Of a stretch of DNA of 64,000 bases, positions 37,947 to 51,656 are shown piece by piece. The stretch comes from the human T2T-CHM13v2.0 reference genome, Homo sapiens. The stretch lies in the NCBI RefSeq assembly GCF_009914755.1, contig NC_060932.1; one strand, 5' to 3'. Numbering within the stretch: the stretch's first letter is position 1; every line of letters begins with the position of its first letter. The translations under genes and the position numbers were made by a program. The notes below the pieces were generated by a model. It made no database searches and was not told the DNA's origin. It saw nothing but the letters and a program-made list of their open reading frames with translations.

Positions 37947-39427
37947 CACACTCAATGAAGATGAGAAACAGATCCAGAATAAACTAAAAAATGTTATTAT
38001 ACAAACAATAATGCATTTCAAATCAAATAGATAGACTATTTGTTAAAATATATGGGACCATTAGCTATACTTTTGAAAAAAATTATCTTTATATCTTATA
38101 CGGAAATTAATTCTAGATAAAGAATCTAAACATACATTAACTCTACTAGAAAAACAAAAAAAATTACGTTTAACTACAGAATAGTATAAAACCTAGTGTA
38201 GAAAAAGGTCTGGAAAGCTATTCCACAATTTGGTTAATAGTGGTTACCTTTGAGAAGTGGAACTGGGGACGAAGAGAGGGTAAGAGGTCCTTCTCTTATA
38301 ATATCTGCACTTTTGACAACCGGATGTAATTCTTTTGTAATTTAAAAATAATATTAGTAGAAAAATAAATCCAATTATTAGATGGACAAATAAATAAGAT
38401 GAAAACCAGTTCCAAAAATCTGTGATAAATGGGGGAGCGGATGCTCTAAAAATAACATAAAGGGTTCAGACTTCACATTTAACTAAATATTACAGCTGAC
38501 ATGAACTGAAGTGCTTTGCTCAGCATGAGCTGTCACACCCTGACTGTGCTCGAACAGAAATCCTGAAAAGCTGCTTTTTAACAGCAGTAGGAGAGCAGAA
38601 TCTCATCAGGAATGCACACTGCTCTCAATGCAAATAACTTGGGCTCACTTCATTTCATTAACTTGAAAAAATATTCCCTGAATGCCCACTATGGACCAGG
38701 CACTTTTTTAGGTATTGGGGTTATAAAAAAAGAATAATACACGATTCTAACCTCTAGGTGACCAGTCTAGTTGGGCTTTACCTCATCAGTTCAGTAATTA
38801 CGAATATTACCATTTTATTCAGTTATGGTTACACGTATTTAGTACATCAATCAGGGTCTAGCAGGCTATACAACGTGCCCTGGAAAGTACAAATGACAAG
38901 GACTTTAATGAAGGGACTCTATACAGCGGTGTGAGCAGCCTTAAGAGAACAAACAAGAGCCTTCCCAACAATAAAGAGACAAGGAGGCAAAATGTTACCA
39001 CGGCGCAGAGGGACTAGAGGCTATTAAGGAAGGGCTGCTCAAGAGTGCTGTTGTCATGGAGTGAGGCAGGTACAGGACCCAAAGAAGGGAAGGAACGGGA
39101 AAAATATCCCCACCTGACCCTTCTACCTTCTGTCCTGTAGGTGCCTCCCACTGGCTGAAGCTGCCAAGAAGCCAGCTGGCATAGGAGCCCTGGTGCATAG
39201 GGGTTGGCCTCCTGGGATACAGATCGGGCAGAAAACAGGTCTCAGAAGCAAACAGAGAAAAAACTAGGACTTGGGTACTCAAAAATACTGTCTGACAGAG
39301 CAAATAAGGCTCCCCTAAGTTACTATTATTTAAGTTACTTCTAAGACATGCTGTTGAAGTATCAGCATACAGGTAAAGGAATGGCTGAAACATATTCCAA
39401 ACCTGTAAGTATACTGTAAATTATTTA

Positions 39428-39759
<332 letters not shown>

Positions 39760-39874
39760 TTATCTTGTATCATCCATAGCACCTGCCATAAGACAGGGAA
39801 AGCTGTTTCGAAAGGAAAAGTGACTGTCTCCTCACAGCAGACATCATCTTTTTCCTGCCTCTGAATGTACACTT

Positions 39875-40390
39875 TTTAAATTATATGTTTATGGGATACA
39901 ACATGCTGTTTTGACATTTGTATACATAGTGGAACGATTAAATCAAGCTAATTAACATATTCATTACCTTACATATTCATGACTTTTTTTTGTGGTGAGA
40001 ACACTTAAAATCTACTCTCTTAACAATTTTCAAGTATACATTATTATTAACTACCATCATCATGCTGGACAATAGATCTCCAAAACTTATGCCACCTGTC
40101 TAATTGAAACTTTGTACCCTTTGCCCAACAACTCCCCATTCCTCCCCACCCCACTCCCCAGCTCCCTCTGCTCCTATGAGTTCAACTTTTTTAGCTTTCA
40201 TATATAAGTGAGATCACGTAGCATTAGTCATTCTGTGCTTATTTCACTTAGCATAGCATCCTCCAGGTTCATCCGTGTTGTTGCAAATAACAGGATCTCC
40301 TTTTTCAAGGCTGACTAGTACTCCAGTGTATAAATATACCACATTTTCTTTAGCCATTCATCCACTGATGGACACTTAGGCTGATTCACA
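39875..40390 (-). mobile_element. L1MA 3' end, antisense
   Basis: aatcaagctaattaacatat...atttcacttagcatag...ccattcatccactgatggacacttagg. Confidence 0.88.
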
Positions 40391-41072
40391 GAACACTTTA
40401 TTTGCCTCTCATGTGGGACTTATCACTTTGCTCTTCATCCTTGCATTCCAGTTATTCTTATATATTTAGATGTTTCTGAGGACTTGAAGCTTCTTGAGAA
40501 CAAAGGCCATTCTAAACATATGGGTAACATATGGGTAACTGGGCACAGACAGATGAGTATACAATTATAATAGAGTGTCATTAATGCTAGGATCCAAGTA
40601 AGCAGGGAGTGAAATGAGAGCCTGAAGAGGGTCACTCTGTCTGCAGGGTCAAGAAGACACTTTAGAAGTTACTTGGACTTCAGTGATGTTCTCCAGTTGT
40701 TGGAGTTGGCTAAACAAAGGAGGGAAGTGGCAAGCCATGAAGCTGAACAGGTAAGCAGAAGCCAAATCAGGAAAAGCTTTGATGCCATGGGAAGGTTTTG
40801 AAGGATTTTAAATAGGTCACTGACTTAGATCTGCATTTCAGAAAGAGCACTAACACTGGAAAGATATCAGAGCCAATACTGCTGAGGAGAAGACTATCAA
40901 GATAGGAGGCTCCTGCAGCCACTCAGTGACAAATGAGGACCTAAACAAGGTAGTGACTGTAGGATGAGAGAAGTGGATGGATTTGAAAGAAATAGAGAGG
41001 GTAGAATCCATAGGATAAGCTATTAAATTAGATGTAAAGAGGAAGGGGACAAAAGCAATAAGAATCAAGGAT

Positions 41073-41375
41073 AGGCCGAGTGCGGTGGCTCATGCCTATA
41101 ATCTCAGTACTTTGGGAGGCCGAGGTGGACAGATCCCTTGAGGCCAAGAGTTCAAGATCAGCCTGGCCAACAGGGTGAAACCTCGTCTCTACTAAAAATA
41201 CAAAAAATAGCCAGGCATGGTGGCACGTGCTTGTAATCTCAGCTACCAGGGAGGCTGAGGCAGGAGAATCACTTGAACCTGGGAGGCAGGTTGCAGTGAG
41301 CTGAGATGGTACCACTGTACTCCAGCCTGGGAGACAGAGTGAGACCCAGTCTGAAGAAAAAAAAAAAAAAAAAAA
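41073..41375 (+). mobile_element. AluS inserted in L2-like sequence
   Basis: TSD aagaatcaaggat/aaaaatcaaggat. Confidence 0.93.
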
Positions 41376-42678
41376 TCAAGGATGACCCCCAAAGTTTCTA
41401 ACAGAGCACAGATTTTTCTCTTTTTCCTCTCCTGTTAAAAATCACCTCCCAAAAATATGGGGAATGACAAACAAAAAATGAGATCCTTCTTTGAGGAAAC
41501 GAGATTATATCCCCACATATCTGAAAACATCTGAAAACAGATGAAAGCATGGCAACAGCCTTATCGGAGAGGAGAAAGACGACACTGAAATGCCTGCAAA
41601 TGAGAATCTGGCAAGTGGTAAGTGATCAGTACCACAAAAAACTCAAAAGTCTCCAAAATTGGAGTCCCTAGAAATCTGAGAGATTAGAGGTGAGGTACAG
41701 ACTAAAAACTGGGGTATTGGGTATGGAGAGACCCGACCTCCCCCAAATCCAGTTCCTCTCAATGCACTAGGAGAAAGGAGATTCATTATCTGGGAAAATC
41801 AAGTATGAGAAGTACCAAACCCAGAGAAATGAGGAAAGCAAAAGTTTGTAATAAAATGCCAGACTAAAAATAAGATGACTAAATGAAAGTTTGGACGGAG
41901 ATCCCCTGGCTCCCTTAAGCTATCCAGATCCAAGTGCAACCTAATGGTCAACAAGTGAAGGCAGCTATAGAGTAGGCCTAGAAACCATTCAAATCAGGAG
42001 GACAGTGGCTTCAGGAAGGAGGTCGGGGTAGTGTGACAAGCAGGGAACAATCCACTCTGGAGAAATGAAATACATCATCTGATAGGGTTACCTGGGAAAA
42101 ACTGTCCTGAGAGGCTACTGGAAGGTATGGAAAAGTTTAACCCCAGAAACAAACAAACAAACAAAACAATTCATCAAATGAAGAACAAGGCAACTATTAC
42201 TGCCGGAAAAATGAAAAGTTGTACAGGAAGGTAAATAATGATAGCATACTTCTTGTTAGGGCAGATAGCAATATTTATAGTCATAATTTAACTACTGACT
42301 AATGATTTATCTAAAATTGTAATTTATATTAGGAGAATTGAAAAGAATACAGGAAAAGTACATGTGTACATACAAGAGATCAAATGATGTCTAAAACTGA
42401 TGAACCAAACAACAGCACTACAAACAACTATTTTAAAATGAGGAGGTTGAACACAAACAGAAAGAATGATACAAGTTAAGTAGATGCATCTGGGGAATAG
42501 GATGCAAGATCACCAAGGATGAGGCAGGGAATACGGTTTCTCACTAGAAGCCTTTATGCTATTAGACTTTTGCTTATGTTTGTATACTACTTAGTATAGA
42601 TTAAATTGTTAATTTAAAAAAGTAAAAAAAGTAATGAAGAGTACATGCAAAAAGTACTTGTAGTTTAGTCAAACTTAC

Positions 42679-42831
42679 CTAGAAGAACCAACTTCTGCAG
42701 AGTCTCAGAATGATCCACATAGTCTCGAAGTGTGAATGAAGCTGGTGGCAATGGAGGGTCTGCAATAATCTGAATAGCCTCTTCCTCTGAAATTGGCTGC
42801 ATTGGAGACAATGGAGGCAATTCATCCAGTT
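42679..42831 (-). CDS. MTERF3: MTERF3 exon 3 ([12 protein letters not shown]...LQKLVLLG)
   Basis: ORF 42665..42850; 153 nt, AG acceptor, GTAAGT donor, phase 1-1. Confidence 0.96.
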   Translation of the reverse strand, partial: NWMNCLHCLQCSQFQRKRLFRLLQTLHCHQLHSHFETMWIILRLCRSWFF

Positions 42832-44073
42832 CTTTGAAAGAGAGAAACAAATTAGTGCTCTAATATGCACACTTAAAACTATTTCTGCAAAGACCAGCTC
42901 TTCCCTTGTTTGCTTCTTTCAGTGGTTAAATCTTGGGATCATTTTAGAATTAAACATCCAAGTCCCTAATTTTTCACCTTTTAAGAGGTAAGGTTACAAC
43001 TATTTAGACAGACTAACTACTGTTCCTCTGAGATTAGAAATTTGTTGGTAAATTTCAAAGCACACAATGCCTTTCCTTCACTTAATCAGTAGGTGAGAAT
43101 GCTAAAAATCACCTAACTTTCAAGTGAATTTTGAAACAGAGATTGAGTTTACCATAGCCTGTTAACTTGGCTAAAAGTACACATATGCCAACAGTCTGAA
43201 TTGCATGGATTAAAGTAATCATATCCCGAAAGTCTTTGTTTTGACCCAATGCCCTCCCTTCCAAGTTACCCTCAAATACATCTTTAAAAGGGCTTCTATG
43301 ATTGTTTCTACAACCTGCAGTCCTCTCTACAGGAGATGTGACTCTCTAGTACAGCCCTGATTCTGAAGTTGTTTTTGTTTTTTTAAAATCAAACGCAGCA
43401 TGGAAGACACTTAGAACTACACATTACCTTAAGCTAAGGAATCAGGTCTGTGATCTTTTGTTCTGTTTTGTGCTTCTCATCATTAACTATCCTTTCTCAT
43501 CATTTATAGCCAGCATCTCCTCCCTGCCCTCTCCCCAGCTCTCTTTCCTTCATATTCTACTTAACCTTATATCATTTCATTACCAGCGAAATATTCCTAG
43601 AATAGGACCCATAGGAAGGAGAGGATTGACTAAAAAGCGACCATGAGGGAACTCTGTGGAGTTAATATAATTGTTTTATTTGTTGATTGCAGTAGTTCTT
43701 ACACACTAAATGCATATGTCAAAATTCATAGAACTATATATCCCACAAGATGAATTTTACTTGATATAATTATACCCTAATAAAACTAATTACCACTAGA
43801 AGAATTTTGTTTTAAGAATCTAAACAATAAAATATTTAAAAAGCAAATGTTTTATATGTGTAGCTATAAAATAATCTTACACGTTAGCCCACAAACTTTT
43901 TTTCTTACCAGTAAAATAAAGGCATGATAGAAGTTCATCAATAGAACTGGTATTATTCTTTTTCTTTCTTGGCACAAAATATTACCTGAAATGGGCTAGC
44001 AGAAGGTAAACAGGTAGCTTGTTCAAATGGCCAAAGTAGGGAAAGGGAGACTTTTCTGAAAGTTCAGAATTAC

Positions 44074-44407
44074 CTTCTAGAAACAGCTCAGAATCAAAGC
44101 TGGATATATTTTGTGTCTTCTGTGACTGTTCATTCATGGAAGGAAGCAGACTGCTTTGGGCAGAATTATTCTCCTGACTACTTGAGCTAGTAGACTGGGA
44201 ACTATTCCATAAGGAGGAAGTCCTGTAAGTCTTAAATCCCCACTGGAGAAAGCAATTGTCAGAGGATATCTGAGGCTGAGCAGAAAAGCCATGTAACAGT
44301 GTTCTTGCTGGTCTAGTAAAACGTTTTGTGAGTTGTGCAGCATTAATGAGGCTCCTCAACTTAACTGAGTTAAACCATCTGGGTATCTGTTGGGCTGACA
44401 AAGCCAT
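44074..44407 (-). CDS. MTERF3: MTERF3 exon 2 coding part ([11 protein letters not shown]...DSELFLE), mitochondrial presequence and Ser-rich linker
   Basis: ORF 43982..44443; TGTAG acceptor at 44418, ATG at 44407, GTAATT donor; 334 nt. Confidence 0.96.
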
Positions 44408-45585
44408 TTTTCTTAGTCTACAAAGGAAAGATATAACCGTCAAAAGAAGAGAAATTTAATTTACTTAAATGTTTAAAACGGTATTCAAACAACAAAAAGA
44501 TAAACTGGAAATTATTTTTTTCTAATTGAAAGGTGTTTAAATATATATTTAGTCTAAAATAGTGAGATGTTTCTTATGTACAGGAAAAGCCAACAACAAG
44601 GCAATCTCAGTTACAAACCAACAGACAGGAACTTCTGAGTGGAAAAATAAAGATATACTTTACAATTTAAAAACAAAATGCAATGACACTGGTGTAAGAA
44701 AAATGCTTAAAACAAAAATCTGCAAATGTTCAAGTGACAGCAGACCTCACTAATCTGTTAATTTAATCATTTAAAGAGAATAAGCTGATGCAAATAAGTG
44801 TTCTTGAAATTTGGTGTGAAGGGTGTTTCCGCAGCACATTGCTGATCAAAGTAACACTGAATTATTCAAATGCATTTTATGTATATAAATTTGTCCCAAA
44901 ATGAAAAAACAGAAATCTACTGTGTCCTAAACAAATCATCAAAATATTATCATTGATATACAGAACAGTGAAAGCAGTTTCTTGCTTCATTCTCAGGGCT
45001 GAACACTGTTGATTACTTCACAGATAAAGCTGTTCTTCCAAAGGGAATTGAACAAAACCAGTTTTGTCAAGTTTTGTTTCACTGTAGGAAAGGAGAAAAA
45101 AGCCTTCAAAAAGAAAAGGTCAAAACTAGTAAACAAAACCAAGTGACAGAAATAAATAAGCAACCAGCAATTAATACCTGTATATTTTGACTGAAAAAGT
45201 AGTTTTCAAAAATATTTTTATCAGGAAAGGCTAGTGCTATGTTAAACTCCAGGAATATGAAGGGATTTTATATTTAGCCAGCTAATTAGAAAGGTAAATT
45301 TGATGCATATAATCTTACGTTAAATAACATTATCCATATAAAACACAGGATGGAGTCAGGATATAAGAAATGCTCAATAAATGTTAGCCATTATTATTGG
45401 TTACACAACCAAATACAAAAATTCTGCTGAATTAATTGCTGCCTACAACTTTATACTTTGTTTTTCTGCATACTGGAATTCAGCTTGTTTTATGCTCTAA
45501 ATTAGACCAAATACTTGAGGGTCTAATCTTTTCTTGGAGATCTGTAGTTTTGGGAAGTTTGCTGAAAGAGATTTTACAAAAGTGA

Positions 45586-45919
<334 letters not shown>

Positions 45920-47218
45920 ATTCTGCGATGATTTTAGAAAAGAAGTAAGTATTCACAATACCCTGCTGGGATAGGTGGTTTCTGTTAGATTTTGGTGGGA
46001 AATGGGACTCCAAATGTGCCAAGTTTTCCCTCAAACCTACAACATTCATTCTCTGCACGGTAGTCATAAGGGCACTAAATTGAAAGTCAGAAGACCTCGG
46101 TTGTGCTACCTTGACAAGGCTGTTTCTGGCAGCAGTCTAACAAAAGCAGCAGTCTAGCCCATGATGTGGGGGGTGGGGGTGGGGTCAATAACTATTCTTC
46201 AAATAATGCTTTTTTAAAAGGCTAGGGGTACAATAAGATGATTCTTAAGGCCCCTATCAGCTCTAACATTTTTTGACGTCTAAGCACTTCATCCTACTTC
46301 AAACTCCTGAAATCCCAAATTCATCCTGAAGCCTTTCCACACTCAATACCACTTAAACATCAGGAAGACTCACTTTCAAATTTCACCCCGTCATTAAAAG
46401 ATCTTTGTGCATACAACTAATGTTTATCCTTGCATTTTTATTTACAAGTGCACTATCTTCTCCACATCCTTTCATTGCTGCCTACACATCTTAACAATTG
46501 ATTAACTGTTCATGCACGAGAGCAGAGCTGGGTCTCATCCCTGGATCCATCCTTCCGGGGACTATTCTCCACTTTCCCAGAGCCTTGTACTGCTCTAATG
46601 TTTGCGGAATGGAAATAAATCAATGGCAAGTACAGTTAACTCACTTGCTTACACAGTATGCAAAAGCGGGTAGGGGATGTGCAGATGTGTATAAAAGCCC
46701 TGTAAGGTGGTAACCTGAAGTCTTCTAACAAGGTCCTTTCATCAGGAAAATTACAGAAAACCCTTAAAGAAACTGAAGTCTCTTAACAATTCATATATAC
46801 TGTTCTCAATGAGTGCCTAGTGCTTCGCTAGAAAAAGGCACTGAAATAGAGTTCAAGATTTCTACCTACGAAATGCTATAAATGAAATCAGGAGAGAAAG
46901 GGAGGTTATGGGGGCAGCTTCCTAATAAAGGGTCTCTCAATACTTCCCAGGCCATTTTAGCCCACTTCAGTTCCCCAAACTTGCGCAGGAAGGCAGAGCC
47001 CCCTCCTGAGGCTTCTCACACTGCGCTAATTAGCCAGCATGGTTGAGTTTTCACTACATCAGCCAGGGAAAAACACAAAACAAAACCAATCACCCTCTAC
47101 TGGGCCGCGAAAACCTAAAGGCCCTTGAGGCCCTGGGGCGCGGTCTGGACGCGGGTGCGCCGGAACCTGAACCCTCGCCAGGAGCGCGATCCTCGTGCTG
47201 GGGCAGCTCCTGCTTTAC

Positions 47219-47330
47219 CTGTGGCGAGGCCTGCTTCCCGTAGCGGGTGACCCCGGGACCGACCAACTCGCTGGGCCGCACGTCCCGTCCCGCCGCGCCG
47301 CACGCCGGCTCCTCAGCCCGCCCTACACAG
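47219..47330 (-). other. MTERF3: MTERF3 non-coding exon 1 (5' end approximate)
   Basis: CAG|GTAAAG donor at 47219/47218 within the CpG island; exon 2 has only 10 nt of UTR before the ATG, so an upstream exon is required. Confidence 0.75.
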
Positions 47331-47533
47331 CGCAGCCGCGCTCCCGGGCCCACGTGGGCCGCGCCCGGAGTGGGCGAGACCATGTGCCGGGTTACGCGGG
47401 GAGACAGCGGGCTACGTGCTCTGAAAAGAGCCAGCCAGGGGCCCCGGCTACCCTTCTCCGGCTCGCTATTCCTCTGAAGTCCTGTGGACTTGGAGTCTGA
47501 AAATTCCTCGAGTGGTAGAGATGCCTCAGCTAG

Positions 47534-48031
<498 letters not shown>

Positions 48032-51000
48032 TGAGGAAGTGGGCTGGCTGCTCCACGCACACGCACTGGCAGCCCGCCGCCCACGCGGCCCCTCCGCCCG
48101 CCCGGTGTCTCACAGTACGCTAGCCTGCTCCCCTACCCCTCAGTGCCCCTTCTCCATACAGCGCCTCCGGTTACACGGGGAACGCACGCGAGTCACCTAG
48201 CACGATCGCCCCCTCACCCACCGCACTCAGCATCGCTCCACACAACATCACGACGCGGGCCCCTCCTCTGCACTGCTCCAGCCTTCGTCCCTACCCAGCA
48301 CACCGCATGAATCATGTCGTATGCACCACTTTCAGCACACACCGCTACACATACAAAGCACCCCAATCCACAGCGCCTGCAGGCACCATACACAGGCCCA
48401 GGACACAACCTAGATCCCTTCCTGTGGAACTCCGGTATTCGGCACTATCCGTAACGCACAAAAAATGCACATGTGTGCTGCATACACGGTCTTTCCTGTG
48501 CAGCACTTCCCGTATGCATTGCACACAAGTCATCCAGCATAACACTTCCCCCAGCCTCAAACACTACCATCTGTACCACGGCACAAACTGCCACTCTAAA
48601 CACACACCTCACAGCGGACCTTTCCTTTCCAGCACAGCCCAATACCCATCATCTGTGTACATGGCTGCACAGACACCAGCCCGCCACACATCACGCGGTG
48701 CATACCCTGCTCACTCATTACCTAACATACGTGCTGAAATGTGATCTTGTCCAGCAATTTTAATGGTGCCTGGGGTATAGTAACTGCTGTGTGTTAAATG
48801 AAACACATAAACCTCACACAGCATAACACAACTCTCTTATTCCCTGGAAAACATACACACACATTCTAATATATACCGGTTCATAGGAGCTGCCCAGCCC
48901 AAATCTTGAACACACCTCATGTTAACTCTGGCACTGCGCCTGTGGCTCCTCATTCCTAACCTAGAGAACTAATTCATCCTTGGTTCATAAGGAGGTACAC
49001 ACCGTGGTTCCTACTTAGAATGATTTATACTTTCTGAATGAACCTCTTTAAAGAAAGGGAAGTCACACCTCTCTCACCATTATGGCTTAAAAGGCCAACT
49101 TAGAGTAGAGTAGTTTTTGAGCCACACTTTTGGTTTCAAAACTGGCTGTGTGTCCTTAATTAAGTTGCATAACCTTGCTCTGAGCCTCAGGGGCCACACT
49201 CGTAAAATGGGGATGAAATATCTACTTATATAGGGTTATGAAAATTAAATGAATGTGTGTGAATGCATTTAGCAGAGTCCCTGGAGCACAATGTACAATT
49301 CATGTCAGTTACTTCTCTCCCAGTATTTTTATCCAACAATCAAGGTTCTCTGTCAGGGTCAGCAGAACATGTGTAGGGATATATATATTGGGTAGTCACA
49401 AGGATTGAGAGAACTTCTAGTATTTGGGAGGGGGAGCAGTTAACGGATACTAAATGTATTGTGACATATGTGACAGCGCTGTACAACATAAAGGGAATTG
49501 TCTTCTACACAGTCGTTTGCATACACACACACAAGTGCCGGTGGTGCCTCCCTTAGGAATAACTGCAGTTTTTCAAATCCTCATAAAACTAATATCCTCC
49601 CACATCACACTTGTTCCTTACCTCTGGGATTCATTTGACTCTTGGTTCTTGTTATGTAAGTGTTTATCCATTTGAAAGAATCTACCTAAAGGTATAAAGC
49701 TTAAGTAACAATTGCTTACTCTTTAATGATTGAGGGATCTTGCCACTATTACTATAAAATCTGCTAAAGCTGTGCAGCAGGTGAAGACCAGACCTTTCCA
49801 CAGTACCTGACCAGACATATTTCTAGCTTTGGAGAGAAATGAATCATGTCCCTAACTATGGTTACTTTCAAATACTTCATTATGTTGCCTGATTTTATCA
49901 CTTAATAGCTGTGTGGCCACATAATTTTGCTAGGCCTCAGTTTCCTTATCTGTATGTAAAATGAAAATATCAATACATTAATCTGTCGGGATTATTTGTC
50001 ATGAGGATTAAATTCATCTTTTTAGATAATCTGTTTAGCTCAGTGCATGGCAAGTATTAAGTGCTTAATAAACATTAGTGGTTATTACGATGTGATTTCA
50101 TTGAATGCTACTGTCTTCTAATTTATATTTATTATTGAACGAGGATGTAGTATGCTCTGTAATTGAGAAGGATAAAAGCACTGGAAAAATGGACATTAGA
50201 TAACATACATACCTGTTTGATGTTAACTTCAGTTTAACTTCATCTTAGGTGTGGGCTTGAAATAATGAAATTAGTGAGGGAGTTTCTCTGGAAATTAGAA
50301 AAATAATTATGGTATTTTGTTTTAAATAATGAGAAGCAAGAATGAGCCATTTGTTTCAGCCTTTCATTTTTAATATTATTCTAGGTCCTTTCAAAATAGG
50401 TTTCTCTTCCTCTTTTCTGATATAAAAAGTCACAATCTTCTGAAATTTCCTTTTACATCATATTCTGTCAAGGCAGTCAATAAATTGCAGCAGTGAAAGT
50501 ATAAGAAATGAATACGAATTTTAACAGCTTGTCCAAAATAATAGAAGAACCATAATCTGAACTTCAGACTGTAGTCTCATCCAAAAATGTTAACAATTTT
50601 ATTTCTTCCACTAATTTCATAAAGAGACAGAAATCACATAATGAAGAACTAATTAATAACAAGTTTCACTTTATATAAAATCATAAGCACCATTAATAGA
50701 ATTCGTACTTACTAAATCTTACTCATTTTTTGTAATGATTTGTGACTTAAGTGGGGCATTACAATGATAGCTCTATATTCCTCCATAAAGACGGAAAGTA
50801 ACGACTTCTTAAATGAAAATGTATCCTATGTTCTTTTGTAATGATTAACTCCAGTGCCTTATTATTTATTTTATAAGATTTTAGTTGGACAATTGTTCAG
50901 TGCAATTCTTTCAGTAAAACTTAAAAGATATGTCTTAAAGTTTGTTTTGCAAAGACTAGTTGTCTAAGAGAACGAGGAGATAGGATTCTTTTGGGATGTC

Positions 51001-51265
51001 ATATAACCAGTATGTGAGAAACAGTACTTGGGTACTGTCACATGCTTCAGAGATCCAGCAAGAATTTAAAATTACAGAGGATTAGATACCTTGCACTGAA
51101 GTCTGAGACAAGTTTGGATTTGTCAAGTAGTTCTTTTGTTAGATGGCCCTTAGGTCAATTCCCTGTTAAACCATAGTATTTAAATATCTCCTGTCTTTAT
51201 CACCATCATTAAAAATAAAGTTAGATACTACCTAATCATTTTCCTATTTGAAAAAGCTCATTTCC

Positions 51266-51311
51266 AGCCTGGACAACATGGTGTAACCCTATCTCTACAA
51301 ACAAACAAAAC

Positions 51312-51344
<33 letters not shown>

Positions 51345-51656
51345 GCTGGGCGTGGTGGCATGCACCTGGAGGCTGAAGTAAGACGATCACCTGAGCCTAG
51401 GAGGCAGAGGTTGCAGTGAGCTGAATCACGCCACCATACTCCAGCCTCCACCCTACTCACTCGACAGAATGAGACCCTGTCTCAAAAGAAAACCAAAAAC
51501 TTATTTTCCCACATTTTAGAATAAGTAGGCTGGGTGCAATGGCTTACGCCGGTAATCCTAGCACTTTGGGAAGCCAAGGTGGGAGGATTGCTTGAGGCCA
51601 AGAGTCCAAGACCAACCTGGCTAACATAGCAAGACCCCATCTCTATTAAAAAATAA
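51266..51656 (+). mobile_element. Truncated Alu with (CAAAA)n-expanded linker (51266-51498) followed by a FLAM/left monomer (51528-51656)
   Basis: Alu motifs seen directly. Confidence 0.85.

Noticed and set aside
44408-44443. Apparent N-terminal extension [12 protein letters not shown] of MTERF3
   Set aside because: Mostly intronic, upstream of the acceptor at 44418, and non-ATG
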